From positions 18,972,001 through 19,036,000 of the forward strand of contig OZ024746.1 in NCBI GenBank assembly GCA_964016885.1: a stretch of DNA of 64,000 nt. Reading direction: 5' to 3'. Position numbers and translations under genes: made by a program. The notes beneath the pieces are model-generated. The model had not been told where the DNA came from. It saw nothing but the letters and a program-made list of their open reading frames with translations, and searched no databases. This document shows, one piece after another, positions 16,294 through 31,701 of this stretch. Position 1 is the stretch's first letter. Each line of letters opens with the position of its first letter. Source of the DNA: Eledone cirrhosa. Lineage: Eukaryota.

Positions 16294-17821
16294 AGTATAC
16301 TCAGCTGAAATGAGTACCAGCAATAGCTGGGGGTTTAACCCTGTGATGGATTGGCATCCTGTCCAGAGGCAAGGGTGTCTTAACTCTCAGTTGCTCCATG
16401 CCACAGAAACTAGGATAAGTACTGGCCTGTTGAGTTTCCCATCTTGAAACAGACTTTATACTTTAGAACCATATTATTGCCTTTAATCTTTCACGTAGAA
16501 AAGGGACGTAAAGACGATGATGATAATACATATATACCATTTATACATCATTTTACGTCCGCTTTTCCCTGCTTGTGTGTGCGCGTATATATATATATAT
16601 TCTTACCAGTATAAACATATTCAAAATAAAAATGACATGTCTCTCTCTCTCTCACACACACACAAACAAATAGAAGGTAATTTTGATAAAAAAAAAAAAA
16701 AAAACAGTTGTAAACTCACAAAGGTAATCTAAACTGAGACAAATGTCTGTACAGCTGTCACAGCATGAAATCTAAATGAAATTGTTATTTTCCCTTTGTC
16801 AGAGAAAATACAATGAAATAATTTTACACACTGTTGCTTGTTTGTGAAATACAATAACAGCAAAGAAATCAGGAAACAAATCAAATTATCCAAGTAAATC
16901 TAAGCAAAGTACAGGTAAGGAAGATAATACACATAATTTAGGTGAAGTATTGACTTAACTAATATGTCAAGTTGCTCTTGAGTGCTACATGTAAGAAAAT
17001 CATCATCATCATCATCGTTGTCACTGTTTAATGTCCATTTTTCACGCTAGCATGGGTTAGACAAGTAGTTCCATTGTGAGACAGGTCAGATAAGATGACT
17101 GTGTTTTGTTCATACAGAACTGTTTCTGGCTTGGTTTCTACGCCTGGATGCTTTTCCTAACATATATTGACTTAACTAATGTCAAGTTGCTCTTGAGCAG
17201 CACTGGTAACATGTAACTCAGTACAAAATGAACTGAAAATTAATGAGATAAATTCTTACTACCTTCACCAGTCAAGGTTCACAAAATATAATATATTCTG
17301 TGATAATTTTTATCATTCCTATTTCTAAGCATCTTGATACAAACCTGGCCAAAACTGAACCACTAATTTTAACAAGTTCCTATTCAAATTAAAATCTTCC
17401 AACATAATTTTATTTTAGAACCAAATATATGTATGTTAATTTATCATCTTAGTAATGAAATACTGAATATACGCAAATATAGGCCGAGGAATACATGACC
17501 CCCCCAAAAAAAATCAATGGTAGAATGGGTGTTGGCATATATATGCCATCTAAACAATGAGTTGGTTAGCTGCTTTGGCTTATAAATGAGGTTTGGATTT
17601 TTGCCTATTTCTCAGACATAAAATATGGGGTTGGTTTATATTCAAGTTATTTATAATTTTAGTAAGTTCTTCAAAATTCTTAATTAATTAAATGAAATAG
17701 AATGTATTTCACTTGGAATACATGAGTGAAAGGGGTCCACTTTATTTAATCAGCAATGACTAACTAAACCTCAGCACTTCAAACTAATAACTGTCAGGTT
17801 CAACATCCAATATATATATAC

Positions 17822-18022
17822 TACATGAGGGTTGGCCGAAAAGTTCATAGGCTGACCAAGATACGCTCATGGAATGACCAAAAGACGTTTATTTTTCAAC
17901 ATAGTCCCTGGAAAGAAACAATGCAGTTAATAAGAAGAGTTGAAATTAATGCATGCAAGATTTCACAGCTCTAGCATCACTCTTTCATAGCCAGCCTATG
18001 AACTTTTCAGCTGACTATCATA
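17822..18022. mobile_element. Tc1/mariner-type MITE
   Basis: TIRs ..gaaaagttcataggctg / cagcctatgaacttttc.., TA flanks. Confidence 0.75.
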
Positions 18023-18468
18023 TATATATATATACATTTATATATACACACAAACACATACATAAATTTTGATCCCTCTTGCAATCTGGAAAATATGGTC
18101 AATATTGGGCCTTGAAATCTTAGGTAGAACTTTTGTTCTGTGTATGAATATATATATACACACACACACATATATGTGCGTGTGTTAAATGATGATGATG
18201 ACACAGTGTTCTCAATAAAAACTTAGTTTTATTCACATGTTTTGTGTTACTTCTCCACAATAGTAACAGTTTATACCTTGAAACATATGAACTTAATAAC
18301 TGAGCTGATTATCCTTAAAACATTCACAATAGAAATAACTTGAGACAGTTTTTTAATAAGCTGCTGCTTCATTCTTGTTATACGAAGGAATAAATACTTT
18401 TAAAATTAAACAATATAACTTCCTTCATGTGTTATGACAAAAAAATACATATTATTTGCCTTCCAGAC

Positions 18469-19160
<692 letters not shown>

Positions 19161-19454
19161 ATAAATAGATAGATTTCTTTATTAGCCACAAGGGCGCAAC
19201 AAGAAAGGGGGACAATACAAAGACATGCCGGGGATTTTACATACAGTCGTGTAAAAAAATATAAAAAACAAAACAATTTCAACAAAATAGATAGATAGAT
19301 AAGTAGATAGAGTGAAAGAGAGAATAAAGAACAGATTAGAATTTTAATGTCGTGATTGTCACTTATTTTTAAAGCAAACTGATGTCAACTTATCTCTAGT
19401 CAGTATGTGCCTCAAATATATAATGTCTATGTTAGTTCTTTATAAAATGTTATG

Positions 19455-19576
19455 ACTATCAATGTTAGTTTTTCATGTACATAGTACGTTATATACATGA
19501 ATATACATATATTAAAATGTATATATAATATCTATCAATGTTAATTTTTCATGTATGTAGTATGTTAAATACATGA

Positions 19577-19613
<37 letters not shown>

Positions 19614-19748
19614 AATGTTTATATAATGTCTATCAATGTTAGTTTTTCATGTATATAGTGTTATACACATGAATATACATATATTAAAATGTATATATAA
19701 TATCTATCAATGTTAATTTTTCATGTATGTAGTATGTTAAATACATGA

Positions 19749-19785
<37 letters not shown>

Positions 19786-19920
19786 AATGTTTATATAATG
19801 TCTATCAATGTTAGTTTTTCATGTATATAGTGTTATACACATGAATATACATATATTAAAATGTATATATAATATCTATCAATGTTAATTTTTCATGTAT
19901 GTAGTATGTTAAATACATGA

Positions 19921-19959
<39 letters not shown>

Positions 19960-20030
19960 AATGTCTATCAATGTTAGTTTTTCATGTGTATAGTGTTATA
20001 CAACATGAATATACATATATTAAAATATCT
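19455..20030. repeat. Higher-order AT-rich tandem repeat (period ~170-180 bp, two related subunits, with embedded (TA)n)
   Basis: ctatcaatgtta(g/a)tttttcatgta... recurs seven times in alternating forms. Confidence 0.85.
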
Positions 20031-20202
20031 ATGCATGTTCGTTCTTCAATTTTAATTCCTTTAAAAACGTCATTCAATAGAACACCCAGTATCTAACACA
20101 GATAATTATTTATATATTGTATTTAAACGACAATAAACTAAGTAAAATATTGAAACATTAAAAAAGGTTTTCATACTTTAAAAACACCATAAATCAGCTA
20201 CC

Positions 20203-20545
20203 ATCATCATCATCATTTCATTTTACGTCCGCTTTTCCCTGCTTGCAAGGGTGGGACGGGAACTGATTCTGGCTTGATTTCTACAGCTGGATGCCCTTCC
20301 TAACACCAACCTCATTTACAGTGAGTGCTGGGTGCTTTTTTGCCGTGGCACCTCCATGACCACTTTGCAGTGGAATGATATGGACCCCAGTCCCTATCAT
20401 CTCATTTCTACAGTTGAGTAAACTGGAGCAATGTGAAATAAAGTGTCTTGCTCAAGGAAACAACACATCACCCGGTCTGAGAATTGAACTCACAACCTTT
20501 CGATTGCAAGGCCCAATGCTCTAACCACTAAGCCATGTGCCTCCA
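20203..20545 (-). mobile_element. SINE family A, full length
   Basis: Reverse complement of the family A consensus. Confidence 0.92.
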
Positions 20546-20659
20546 TATTTAAAGAATTCAAGTTTTTTAGGTATAAATATTCTTTAACCATTGTAAATCT
20601 TTTTTGCTGACTTGCTTGTTTTATTCTTATAAAAATGAAGAAAATAACACCTAGTGAAT

Positions 20660-21090
20660 AACTTTCTACTTTTGGTTCAAGGTCAACAATTTGAAGGGAA
20701 GGAGAAAGTCAAGTAAATTGCTCTCAGATTTAACTGGTATTTTATGTTATCAACCGATGGAAGGATGAAAGGCAAAGTTGGCCTTGGTGGGATTTAAAAG
20801 TCGTAACTAAACACTACAAAGTATGTTGTCCAACGCTCTACTGATACTGCCAATCTACTGCCCCTAATAATTGTTTCTACTTTTGGCACAAGGCCAACAA
20901 TTTGAGGGTAGGGGAAGTCAATTAAATCGACCCCAGTGTGTTACTGGTTCTTTATCTTACTGAACCCGTAAGGATGAAAGGCAAATCTATCTAACTATGG
21001 TGGGATTTGAACTCAGAACGTAAAGGGCCATAACTATGCGGCAAAGCATGGAGTGTGATGCTCTACTGATACTGCCAATCCACAGCCCTT
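20660..21090 (-). mobile_element. Two tandem SINE family B copies
   Basis: tttctacttttgg..caagg...ggatgaaaggcaaa...ctctactgatactgccaatc occurs twice. Confidence 0.85.
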
Positions 21091-21187
21091 ATAACAATAA
21101 TAATGATATTGTTATTAACCACGAAGGGTGCATAAGAAGAAAACATTAAGGATGACAATAAAGATGATGATACAATGTGGGATTTTT

Positions 21188-21224
<37 letters not shown>

Positions 21225-22953
21225 TTAACAAAATAACAAACATGTAAAAAATTTCAAAAAAAGGAAATTCCCCAAGTAGTGCGGAGACTTCCAAAGCCCA
21301 AAAGAATCCATGCCCCCCCCCCCCCCCCCACTGCTAGTGCAAGCTACCCTACCTAGTTGTCCAATCTACAGGCACATACTGAGAGCAGGCCTGTTCACTC
21401 AAACCTTTCTGTTGCCACACCTAAATAATGGAATTCCCATCCTCCATCCAAATCTAAGGTACCAGAGCCATGGAACTTAACTAATAGTAATAATTTCTTT
21501 ATTAGACACAGAAGGGAACTAAGTAATTTGTAATGCAGCAAATGTAGTTATAATTAAACATACTTATTTATTTACTAAAGGTGAGAGGATATGGCATGTA
21601 TTTGAATGTCTTACAGTTTGGAGTTCAAATCTCACCAACATCAACTTTGTATTTCATGCTTGTGGGAAAAATAAATCAGTAAGAAATATGGAAGGTAATT
21701 AAATTTACTATAACCTTTTTTTCTTTTACTTACAAAAAAAAAAAAAATAAAATCTTATCCATTTGGTAAAACATTAAGTGTTTAGTTATTTCTAATGCAA
21801 CTAAATAAAAGATTATTTCTAACAAACTGACAAGTCTTTTGGCACAAGGGACCGAGTGCCAGACAAAATACTTTCAGGTTTTAGTTTTGTTTCCCATATT
21901 CCAGTATTCAAATCCCAGTGGAATTGTCTTAACATTTCAACCCTCAAGAGTATGTAAAATAAGTACTAATATATTGAACTTGAATCTAATCACTATATAC
22001 GTCTTCTAGATCGAAAAGCCACTCTTTCATACTTAACACAGTAAAAGACATTCAATGAAATCATTTCTTCCTTCCTTGTTTCCTCCTCCCTCATCTTCTT
22101 TCCTTCCTTCCTTTCTGAGTTCAAGCAGTACTCTGATTAAAGTTTCGAAATGTAAACTTGAACTTCCTTATGTAGACATATCTAAATTACATTAACTATT
22201 GTGTATGAAGACATTTGTTATATAGACTTTTTGTTTTGTTTTTGTTTTTCCTTTCCATCTAAGTTGCTGTACATATGGAGCATTAATTACATCTCAGGTA
22301 TTTTGTTGTTATGCCAAGTCAATCTTATCTCAGAATTTATAAGGGATGGTGGCTGTTCTGTTTTGATGTAAACATTCCAAATGATCGACAAGTCCTAGAA
22401 CTCATTTATTTAGTGAGTGGGTTGGAACTTGTCAAATTGGACCAAGGAAACAACGTTTTCATTGATATTTCCATTCTTGATACTATCTACTGGTCACAAC
22501 TCCTGGCAGAACTGTTTTGATATAAACATTCCAAATATATATTGACTGTCTTTTCAGTTAGTAAAACCATTTTAAGTTCAAACAATCTATGAACCCCAAT
22601 ACAACAAATATCCAACCCATCCAGGCCTTTCTCTCTCTCTTGTTAGAGGAACCCCTCTTGGTTGACCTCCACCTCTTTCTGTTTGGTTTTGGTCATGTCT
22701 TGGGTGTGGCCATACTCACCATGCTAGGCCAATTGTGGGTTGTGAAGAATAGTCATTGACTCTGAGGAGTTCATCTGCCCTTTTAACAGCTGTTTTTTTT
22801 TGTTTTGTTTTTTTGCTGCTGTTGTTCCACTTACCCTCCTCACCAGACCACTGTCTGGTGGGGGAGCCATATTAGTCCATAACCACTCAACCATGAAACA
22901 AGTTGTACTGGATTACATGGTACCAGTAGTAGGCAGAAGCCGATATGACAGAC

Positions 22954-23087
22954 CAGGCATGTCAAACATGCAGCCCGCACAAAGGTTTTTACAGCGCGAA
23001 CATGTTTTATCTTCATAAAATTAATTGTAATGTGCGCAATTACTTTTGTGTGGCCCTCAGACAACACGTGTGTCCCATGTGGCCCTC

Positions 23088-23120
<33 letters not shown>

Positions 23121-23131
23121 TGACATGCCTG
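22954..23131. mobile_element. hAT-type MITE
   Basis: Perfect 14-bp TIR caggcatgtcaaac / gtttgacatgcctg; degenerate 8-bp TSD tgacagac/acatagac. Confidence 0.8.
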
Positions 23132-23261
23132 ACATAGACAACAGATATACTTATGACTTAAATATTTTACTGGTCCTTATTCCACCAACATTTCAAGAAA
23201 TAAAATATTTCTGATATAAGTAAAGTTTGCACTGAAATCATGTTTAACTCAGATTTAACAA

Positions 23262-26200
23262 AAATTATTAACTGGAGATGAAGGAGGCAGTAGGAGGCTA
23301 GAGTAGCTTTTGTCCTTCACATTCAGTACTTGTCATTACACTGACTACAAATTATTAACTGGAGATGAAGGAGGCAGTAGGAGGCTAGAGTAGCTTTTGT
23401 CCTTCACATTGAGTCCTTGTCATTACACTGACTACAAATTATTAACTGGAGATGAAGGAGGCAGTAGGAGGCTAGAGTAGCTTTTGTCCTTCACATTGAG
23501 TCCTTGTCATTACACTGACTACAAATTATTAACTGGAGATGAAGGAGGCAGTAGGAGGCTAGAGTAGCTTTTGTCCTTCACATTCAGTACTTGTCATTAC
23601 ACTGACTACAAATTATTAACTGGAGATGAAGGAGGCAGTAGGAGGCTAGAGTAGCTTTTGTCCTTCACATTGAGTCCTTGTCATTACACTGACTACAAAT
23701 TATTAACTGGAGATGAAGGAGGCAGTAGGAGGCTAGAGTAGCTTTTGTCCTTCACATTCAGTACTTGTCATTACACTGACTACAAATTATTAACTGGAGA
23801 TGAAGGAGGCAGTAGGAGGCTAGAGTAGCTTTTGTCCTTCACATTGAGTCCTTGTCATTACACTGACTACAAATTATTAACTGGAGATGAAGGAGGCAGT
23901 AGGAGGCTAGAGTAGCTTTTGTCCTTCACATTGAGTCCTTGTCATTACACTGACTACAAATTATTAACTGGAGATGAAGGAGGCAGTAGGAGGCTAGAGT
24001 AGCTTTTGTCCTTCACATTCAGTACTTGTCATTACACTGACTACAAATTATTAACTGGAGATGAAGGAGGCAGTAGGAGGCTAGAGTAGCTTTTGTCCTT
24101 CACATTGAGTCCTTGTCATTACACTGACTACAAATTATTAACTGGAGATGAAGGAGGCAGTAGGAGGCTAGAGTAGCTTTTGTCCTTCACATTCAGTACT
24201 TGTCATTACACTGACTACAAATTATTAACTGGAGATGAAGGAGGCAGTAGGAGGCTAGAGTAGCTTTTGTCCTTCACATTGAGTCCTTGTCATTACACTG
24301 ACTACAAATTATTAACTGGAGATGAAGGAGGCAGTAGGAGGCTAGAGTAGCTTTTGTCCTTCACATTGAGTCCTTGTCATTACACTGACTACAAATTATT
24401 AACTGGAGATGAAGGAGGCAGTAGGAGGCTAGAGTAGCTTTTGTCCTTCACATTCAGTACTTGTCATTACACTGACTACAAATTATTAACTGGAGATGAA
24501 GGAGGCAGTAGGAGGCTAGAGTAGCTTTTGTCCTTCACATTGAGTCCTTGTCATTACACTGACTACAAATTATTAACTGGAGATGAAGGAGGCAGTAGGA
24601 GGCTAGAGTAGCTTTTGTCCTTCACATTGAGTCCTTGTCATTACACTGACTACAAATTATTAACTGGAGATGAAGGAGGCAGTAGGAGGCTAGAGTAGCT
24701 TTTGTCCTTCACATTGAGTCCTTGTCATTACACTGACTACAGATTATTAACTGGAGATGAAGGAGGCAGTAGGAGGCTAGAGTAGCTTTTGTCCTTCACA
24801 TTCAGTACTTGTCATTACACTGACTACAAATTATTAACTGGAGATGAAGGAGGCAGTAGGAGGCTAGAGTAGCTCTTGTCCTTCACATTCAGTACTTGTC
24901 ATTACACTGACTACAGATTATTAACTGGAGATGAAGGAGGCAGTAGGAGGCTAGAGTAGCTCTTGTCCTTCACATTCAGTACTTGTCATTACACTGACTA
25001 CAAATTATTAACTGGAGATGAAGGAGGCAGTAGGAGGCTAGAGTAGCTCTTGTCCTTCACATTCAGTACTTGTCATTACACTGACTACAAATTATTAACT
25101 GGAGATGAAGGAGGCAGTAGGAGGCTAGAGTAGCTCTTGTCCTTCACATTCAGTACTTGTCATTACACTGACTACAAATTATTAACTGGAGATGAAGGAG
25201 GCAGTAGGAGGCTAGAGTAGCTTTTGTCCTTCACATTCAGTACTTGTCATTACACTGACTACAAATTATTAACTGGAGATGAAGGAGGCAGTAGGAGGCT
25301 AGAGTAGCTTTTGTCCTTCACATTCAGTACTTGTCATTACACTGACTACAAATTATTAACTGGAGATGAAGGAGGCAGTAGGAGGCTAGAGTAGCTCTTG
25401 TCCTTCACATTCAGTACTTGTCATTACACTGACTACAAATTATTAACTGGAGATGAAGGAGGCAGTAGGAGGCTAGAGTAGCTTTTGTCCTTCACATTCA
25501 GTACTTGTCATTACACTGACTACAAATTATTAACTGGAGATGAAGGAGGCAGTAGGAGGCTAGAGTAGCTCTTGTCCTTCACATTCAGTACTTGTCATTA
25601 CACTGACTACAAATTATTAACTGGAGATGAAGGAGGCAGTAGGAGGCTAGAGTAGCTTTTGTCCTTCACATTGAGTCCTTGTCATTACACTGACTACAGA
25701 TTATTAACTGGAGATGAAGGAGGCAGTAGGAGGCTAGAGTAGCTTTTGTCCTTCACATTCAGTCCTTGTCATTACACTGACTACAAATTATTAACTGGAG
25801 ATGAAGGAGGCAGTAGGAGGCTAGAGTAGCTCTTGTCCTTCACATTGAGTCCTTGTCATTACACTGACTACAAATTATTAACTGGAGATGAAGGAGGCAG
25901 TAGGAGGCTAGAGTAGCTTTTGTCCTTCACATTGAGTCCTTGTCATTACACTGACTACAAATTATTAACTGGAGATGAAGGAGGCAGTAGGAGGCTAGAG
26001 TAGCTTTTGTCCTTCACATTGAGTCCTTGTCATTACACTGACTACAAATTATTAACTGGAGATGAAGGAGGCAGTAGGAGGCTAGAGTAGCTTTTGTCCT
26101 TCACATTGAGTCCTTGTCATTACACTGACTACAAATTATTAACTGGAGATGAAGGAGGCAGTAGGAGGCTAGAGTAGCTTTTGTCCTTCACATTGAGTCC

Positions 26201-28746
26201 TTGTCATTACACTGACTACAAATTATTAACTGGAGATGAAGGAGGCAGTAGGAGGCTAGAGTAGCTTTTGTCCTTCACATTCAGTACTTGTCATTACACT
26301 GACTACAAATTATTAACTGGAGATGAAGGAGGCAGTAGGAGGCTAGAGTAGCTTTTGTCCTTCACATTCAGTACTTGTCATTATACTGACTACAAATTAT
26401 TAACTGGAGATGAAGGAGGCAGTAGGAGGCTAGAGTAGCTTTTGTCCTTCACATTGAGTCCTTGTCATTACACTGACTACAAATTATTAACTGGAGATGA
26501 AGGAGGCAGTAGGAGGCTAGAGTAGCTTTTGTCCTTCACATTCAGTACTTGTCATTATACTGACCACAAATTATTAACTGGAGATGAAGGAGGCAGTAGG
26601 AGGCTAGAGTAGCTTTTGTCCTTCACATTGAGTCCTTGTCATTACACTGACTACAAATTATTAACTGGAGATGAAGGAGGCAGTAGGAGGCTAGAGTAGC
26701 TTTTGTCCTTCACATTCAGTACTTGTCATTATACTGACCACAAATTATTAACTGGAGATGAAGGAGGCAGTAGGAGGCTAGAGTAGCTTTTGTCCTTCAC
26801 ATTGAGTCCTTGTCATTACACTGACTACAAATTATTAACTGGAGATGAAGGAGGCAGTAGGAGGCTAGAGTAGCTTTTGTCCTTCACATTGAGTCCTTGT
26901 CATTACACTGACTACAAATTATTAACTGGAGATGAAGGAGGCAGTAGGAGGCTAGAGTAGCTTTTGTCCTTCACATTGAGTCCTTGTCATTACACTGACT
27001 ACAAATTATTAACTGGAGATGAAGGAGGCAGTAGGAGGCTAGAGTAGCTCTTGTCCTTCACATTCAGTACTTGTCATTACACTGACTACAAATTATTAAC
27101 TGGAGATGAAGGAGGCAGTAGGAGGCTAGAGTAGCTTTTGTCCTTCACATTCAGTACTTGTCATTACACTGACTACAAATTATTAACTGGAGATGAAGGA
27201 GGCAGTAGGAGGCTAGAGTAGCTTTTGTCCTTCACATTGAGTCCTTGTCATTACACTGACTACAAATTATTAACTGGAGATGAAGGAGGCAGTAGGAGGC
27301 TAGAGTAGCTTTTGTCCTTCACATTGAGTCCTTGTCATTACACTGACTACAAATTATTAACTGGAGATGAAGGAGGCAGTAGGAGGCTAGAGTAGCTTTT
27401 GTCCTTCACATTCAGTCCTTGTCATTACACTGACTACAGATTATTAACTGGAGATGAAGGAGGCAGTAGGAGGCTAGAGTAGCTTTTGTCCTTCACATTC
27501 AGTACTTGTCATTACACTGACTACAGATTATTAACTGGAGATGAAGGAGGCAGTAGGAGGCTAGAGTAGCTTTTGTCCTTCACATTCAGTACTTGTCATT
27601 ACACTGACTACAAATTATTAACTGGAGATGAAGGAGGCAGTAGGAGGCTAGAGTAGCTTTTGTCCTTCACATTCAGTACTTGTCATTACACTGACTACAG
27701 ATTATTAACTGGAGATGAAGGAGGCAGTAGGAGGCTAGAGTAGCTTTTGTCCTTCACATTCAGTACTTGTCATTACACTGACTACAGATTATTAACTGGA
27801 GATGAAGGAGGCAGTAGGAGGCTAGAGTAGCTTTTGTCCTTCACATTCAGTACTTGTCATTACACTGACTACAAATTATTAACTGGAGATGAAGGAGGCA
27901 GTAGGAGGCTAGAGTAGCTTTTGTCCTTCACATTCAGTACTTGTCATTACACTGACTACAGATTATTAACTGGAGATGAAGGAGGCAGTAGGAGGCTAGA
28001 GTAGCTTTTGTCCTTCACATTCAGTACTTGTCATTACACTGACTACAGATTATTAACTGGAGATGAAGGAGGCAGTAGGAGGCTAGAGTAGCTTTTGTCC
28101 TTCACATTCAGTACTTGTCATTACACTGACTACAAATTATTAACTGGAGATGAAGGAGGCAGTAGGAGGCTAGAGTAGCTTTTGTCCTTCACATTCAGTA
28201 CTTGTCATTACACTGACTACAGATTATTAACTGGAGATGAAGGAGGCAGTAGGAGGCTAGAGTAGCTCTTGTCCTTCACATTCAGTACTTGTCATTACAC
28301 TGACTACAGATTATTAACTGGAGATGAAGGAGGCAGTAGGAGGCTAGAGTAGCTTTTGTCCTTCACATTCAGTACTTGTCATTACACTGACTACAAATTA
28401 TTAACTGGAGATGAAGGAGGCAGTAGGAGGCTAGAGTAGCTTTTGTCCTTCACATTCAGTACTTGTCATTACACTGACTACAGATTATTAACTGGAGATG
28501 AAGGAGGCAGTAGGAGGCTAGAGTAGCTTTTGTCCTTCACATTCAGTACTTGTCATTATACTGACCACAAATTATTAACTGGAGATGAAGGAGGCAGTAG
28601 GAGGCTAGAGTAGCTTTTGTCCTTCACATTCAGTACTTGTCATTATACTGACCACAAATTATTAACTGGAGATGAAGGAGGCAGTAGGAGGCTAGAGTAG
28701 CTTTTGTCCTTCACATTCAGTACTTGTCATTATACTGACCACAAAT
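23262..28746. repeat. Minisatellite, 87-bp unit, ~63 copies
   Basis: Unit aaattattaactggagatgaaggaggcagtaggaggctagagtagcttttgtccttcacattcagtacttgtcattacactgactac. Confidence 0.98.
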
Positions 28747-30187
28747 TCCTTCCAGACTCAACTTTATATTTCACTATATGTGGTTTGAATATCATTTCAA
28801 TGAGATGACTGCTGCCATCAAACTAGCTATCTGTAGGGAGGGCCTGAATATATAGCTGGTGCACTTAGAACCTTCGTTGAGGAGACTGCTCCACAGACAC
28901 CGACCTACATACAATATGTGCACACTTCTTAATTATCCCATCAACAATGCAGAAGTGAGCATGAGAATGTATGTTTTAAACCGTTTCTGCTTCACATTTG
29001 ACAATAGGGTTATAACCCTGAAATATGTTGAAATATACTGGGTAAAACATTACTGTTTTGTTTTATTTGTCACCCTTTGCCCTTTATATATTTCTACCAC
29101 ATTGTACTGGCTTTTTGAAACTTATCAGTCTTTTGTCTGTCTATATATATAAAACACCTGATTATGAGCAATGGTGGTGTCAATTGAAATATTGAGTAAA
29201 TGTATATATATATGATAATAAACAGTCCAAAAATATTTAGTTTTATTAATAACACAAATTTAAACATTTAGTCATTCGGCAATTTTTGTACTTTGTACAT
29301 CTATATTTTGACACATTTTCATTTGTTTATGTTTAACAGTGAGATACTTTCCCTTTTCATATTTTATTTCTCTAATCAAAACACAAAGGAGTAATTAGGT
29401 TTGCTCAACCTGTAGGAAATAGCAGCCAAATTGCCCTCAATTCACACCCAAATAATCTTGAATTAAGAAAGAGCATATTAAACAACAAGAGCACCATACT
29501 AAATGTTTTACAGTATTCAGAGTTGTACTTTATTGTTATGTATTTAAGTTACTCCAACATTGATTTTGTCTTCTATTTCTTACTTGTTTTTGTTTTATGT
29601 AAAATAAATACCTATATAATAGCTACTTCTTTGATCTAATATATATCTAAAACAAAGCAGTTTTATGTCCAGACACAAAGAGAGAACCACCAAGTAGCTG
29701 GCCAACCTACCAGAAGTAGCACCTAATTCTTCAAACCACAATACCCATCATAAAAAAAGTCACACTGGGCTATGCAGTTATACATATAAAAAAATCAAGT
29801 GATCACAGCTGGAATTCTTTTGAGTACATATATATATGTAACCTCGACTTAAATGCCAAATACTGTCTGATGAAGCCATGCCAGCTTAAGTTATGATTAT
29901 GTAACAGCTAAGTGGTGGCATTACAGAATAAAGAATTATGTAATAACATAACCTTGCCACAAAGTTTGTGTGTGGGGTATCTGATCAAAGATAAAAGATC
30001 AAGGAAAACAATGTTCAATCTATAGATAGTTTCATACACTTAACATGTATGTACGACCATTGGTATTGGGGTCCAATATACAATGGTGGCCATAACTGGA
30101 CCCCGATACCAAAACTATATATATATATTACGAATAAATGTTAAGACAGGCTTGTTTTATTACATAATTCTTATTATTCATTATTAC

Positions 30188-30239
<52 letters not shown>

Positions 30240-31099
30240 TGACACCAAACCTTTTATTTTCTAAGCTGTGTTCTGGAACTGTAAAGTACAATTACATGCT
30301 TTCTGTATTGAACTAACATTCCAATACCTTTTCCAAAGGTCAATTAACCAAATGACTGACATGCTGTAGCTTATCCCTCCCTCCCCCAACCACACCAACC
30401 AACAACAACAACAAAAAGAATTCATAAGAGAAAGTGTTTTCAAAGCTAACTTCCAATGTTTAAAGTAATTACGTTTATCATATTTCTTGTTTGAAAATAT
30501 AAATAAATAATATGACCTTTTAATCTTAGACAGTTGTAAGTATATAAAAGGTTTAGTAAATACTAATATCGTTTTCCCCTGTGGTAAATAAGATAACAGA
30601 TGTTCTAACTGACGTTAGTAAGGAGCAGAATGTGTCAAATTATATATATATATATATATAATTTGACACACACACACACACACACGTGTGTGTATGTTTT
30701 TTTTTCAGATCAATGTCAAATGTGTTGATTTCAACTTGACATTGATGGGATTTTCAGTCGTTTATTTTGGAGCTACTTTAATTTCTTAAACAAAAGATGA
30801 ACATTTTTTTTATATTGCTTACCATAAAACAAATGTCAATTTATTTTAGTGAAAGAGTTTATCTTTAAAGTTTGGAATTAACTAAATAGCTGGCAAGAGA
30901 TTCTTCAAGGCAGAGGAATTGCTAACTGAGTAGTTAAGGGGTTCATTTTGTTACCATATGGTTCTTTTTTCACTCCCACTGTGTAGCACCTAGGGCAATT
31001 GAATTCTATGTTTTTAGGTTGACTTATGACTTCTGAGTGGAACTTGGAAGATGGAAAGCCTGTCGTACATACACACATATATACATATACATACACACA

Positions 31100-31163
<64 letters not shown>

Positions 31164-31654
31164 CATAAATAAGCAAATAGGACTGTCCAACACCTAAATC
31201 TGAACATAGATACACCTAGATCAAATGCAAATTACTGAATGTCCCAATACATAAATAATACACTCTGAAAACAAAGCCAACAATAAACAAAACACCCAGG
31301 AGATAAGACCATTAAATGCCAGCCAAACTCATAACTATTACACTCATTAAAACAGACTAAATGTCTATACTATATCCAAGACATCCATAATTCTTACCTC
31401 AAACTCTGAAAACCCAACCATCAACCCATTCTAAATATCAGTAGTATGTGTGTGTGTATGGGGGGGGGGGGGGGTCCAGACTTTTTCAGATAGTAACTGA
31501 GGAGGTCACAGAATGTGTGACGGAAGAGCTTTGACAATCAACACTTAAACAACCATCCAGTTATTAAACTAACCAACTGGGAGTTTCTAAAATAAGTGAA
31601 GTGAAATCCAAAAGGTGCATGTGTTTTTATTGGCAGCATGACCCTCCCAAATTA

Positions 31655-31699
<45 letters not shown>

Positions 31700-31701
<2 letters not shown>

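Noticed and set aside
23262-28746. CRISPR-like regular array or coding repeat (87 = 29 codons)
   Set aside because: No unique spacers, eukaryotic context, and no ORF reported across the array
29867-29900. CTGATGA hammerhead core
   Set aside because: No downstream GAAA or stem III
30631-30670. Palindrome tgtgtcaaat(TA)n atttgacaca
   Set aside because: Only 10-bp arms around self-complementary (TA)n; likely a local fold-back repair event
31398-31430. Minus-strand mini-exon with GAG|gtaaga donor as the start exon
   Set aside because: The phase-2 frame reads ATG GGT TGA (stop), and the other ATG is in an incompatible phase
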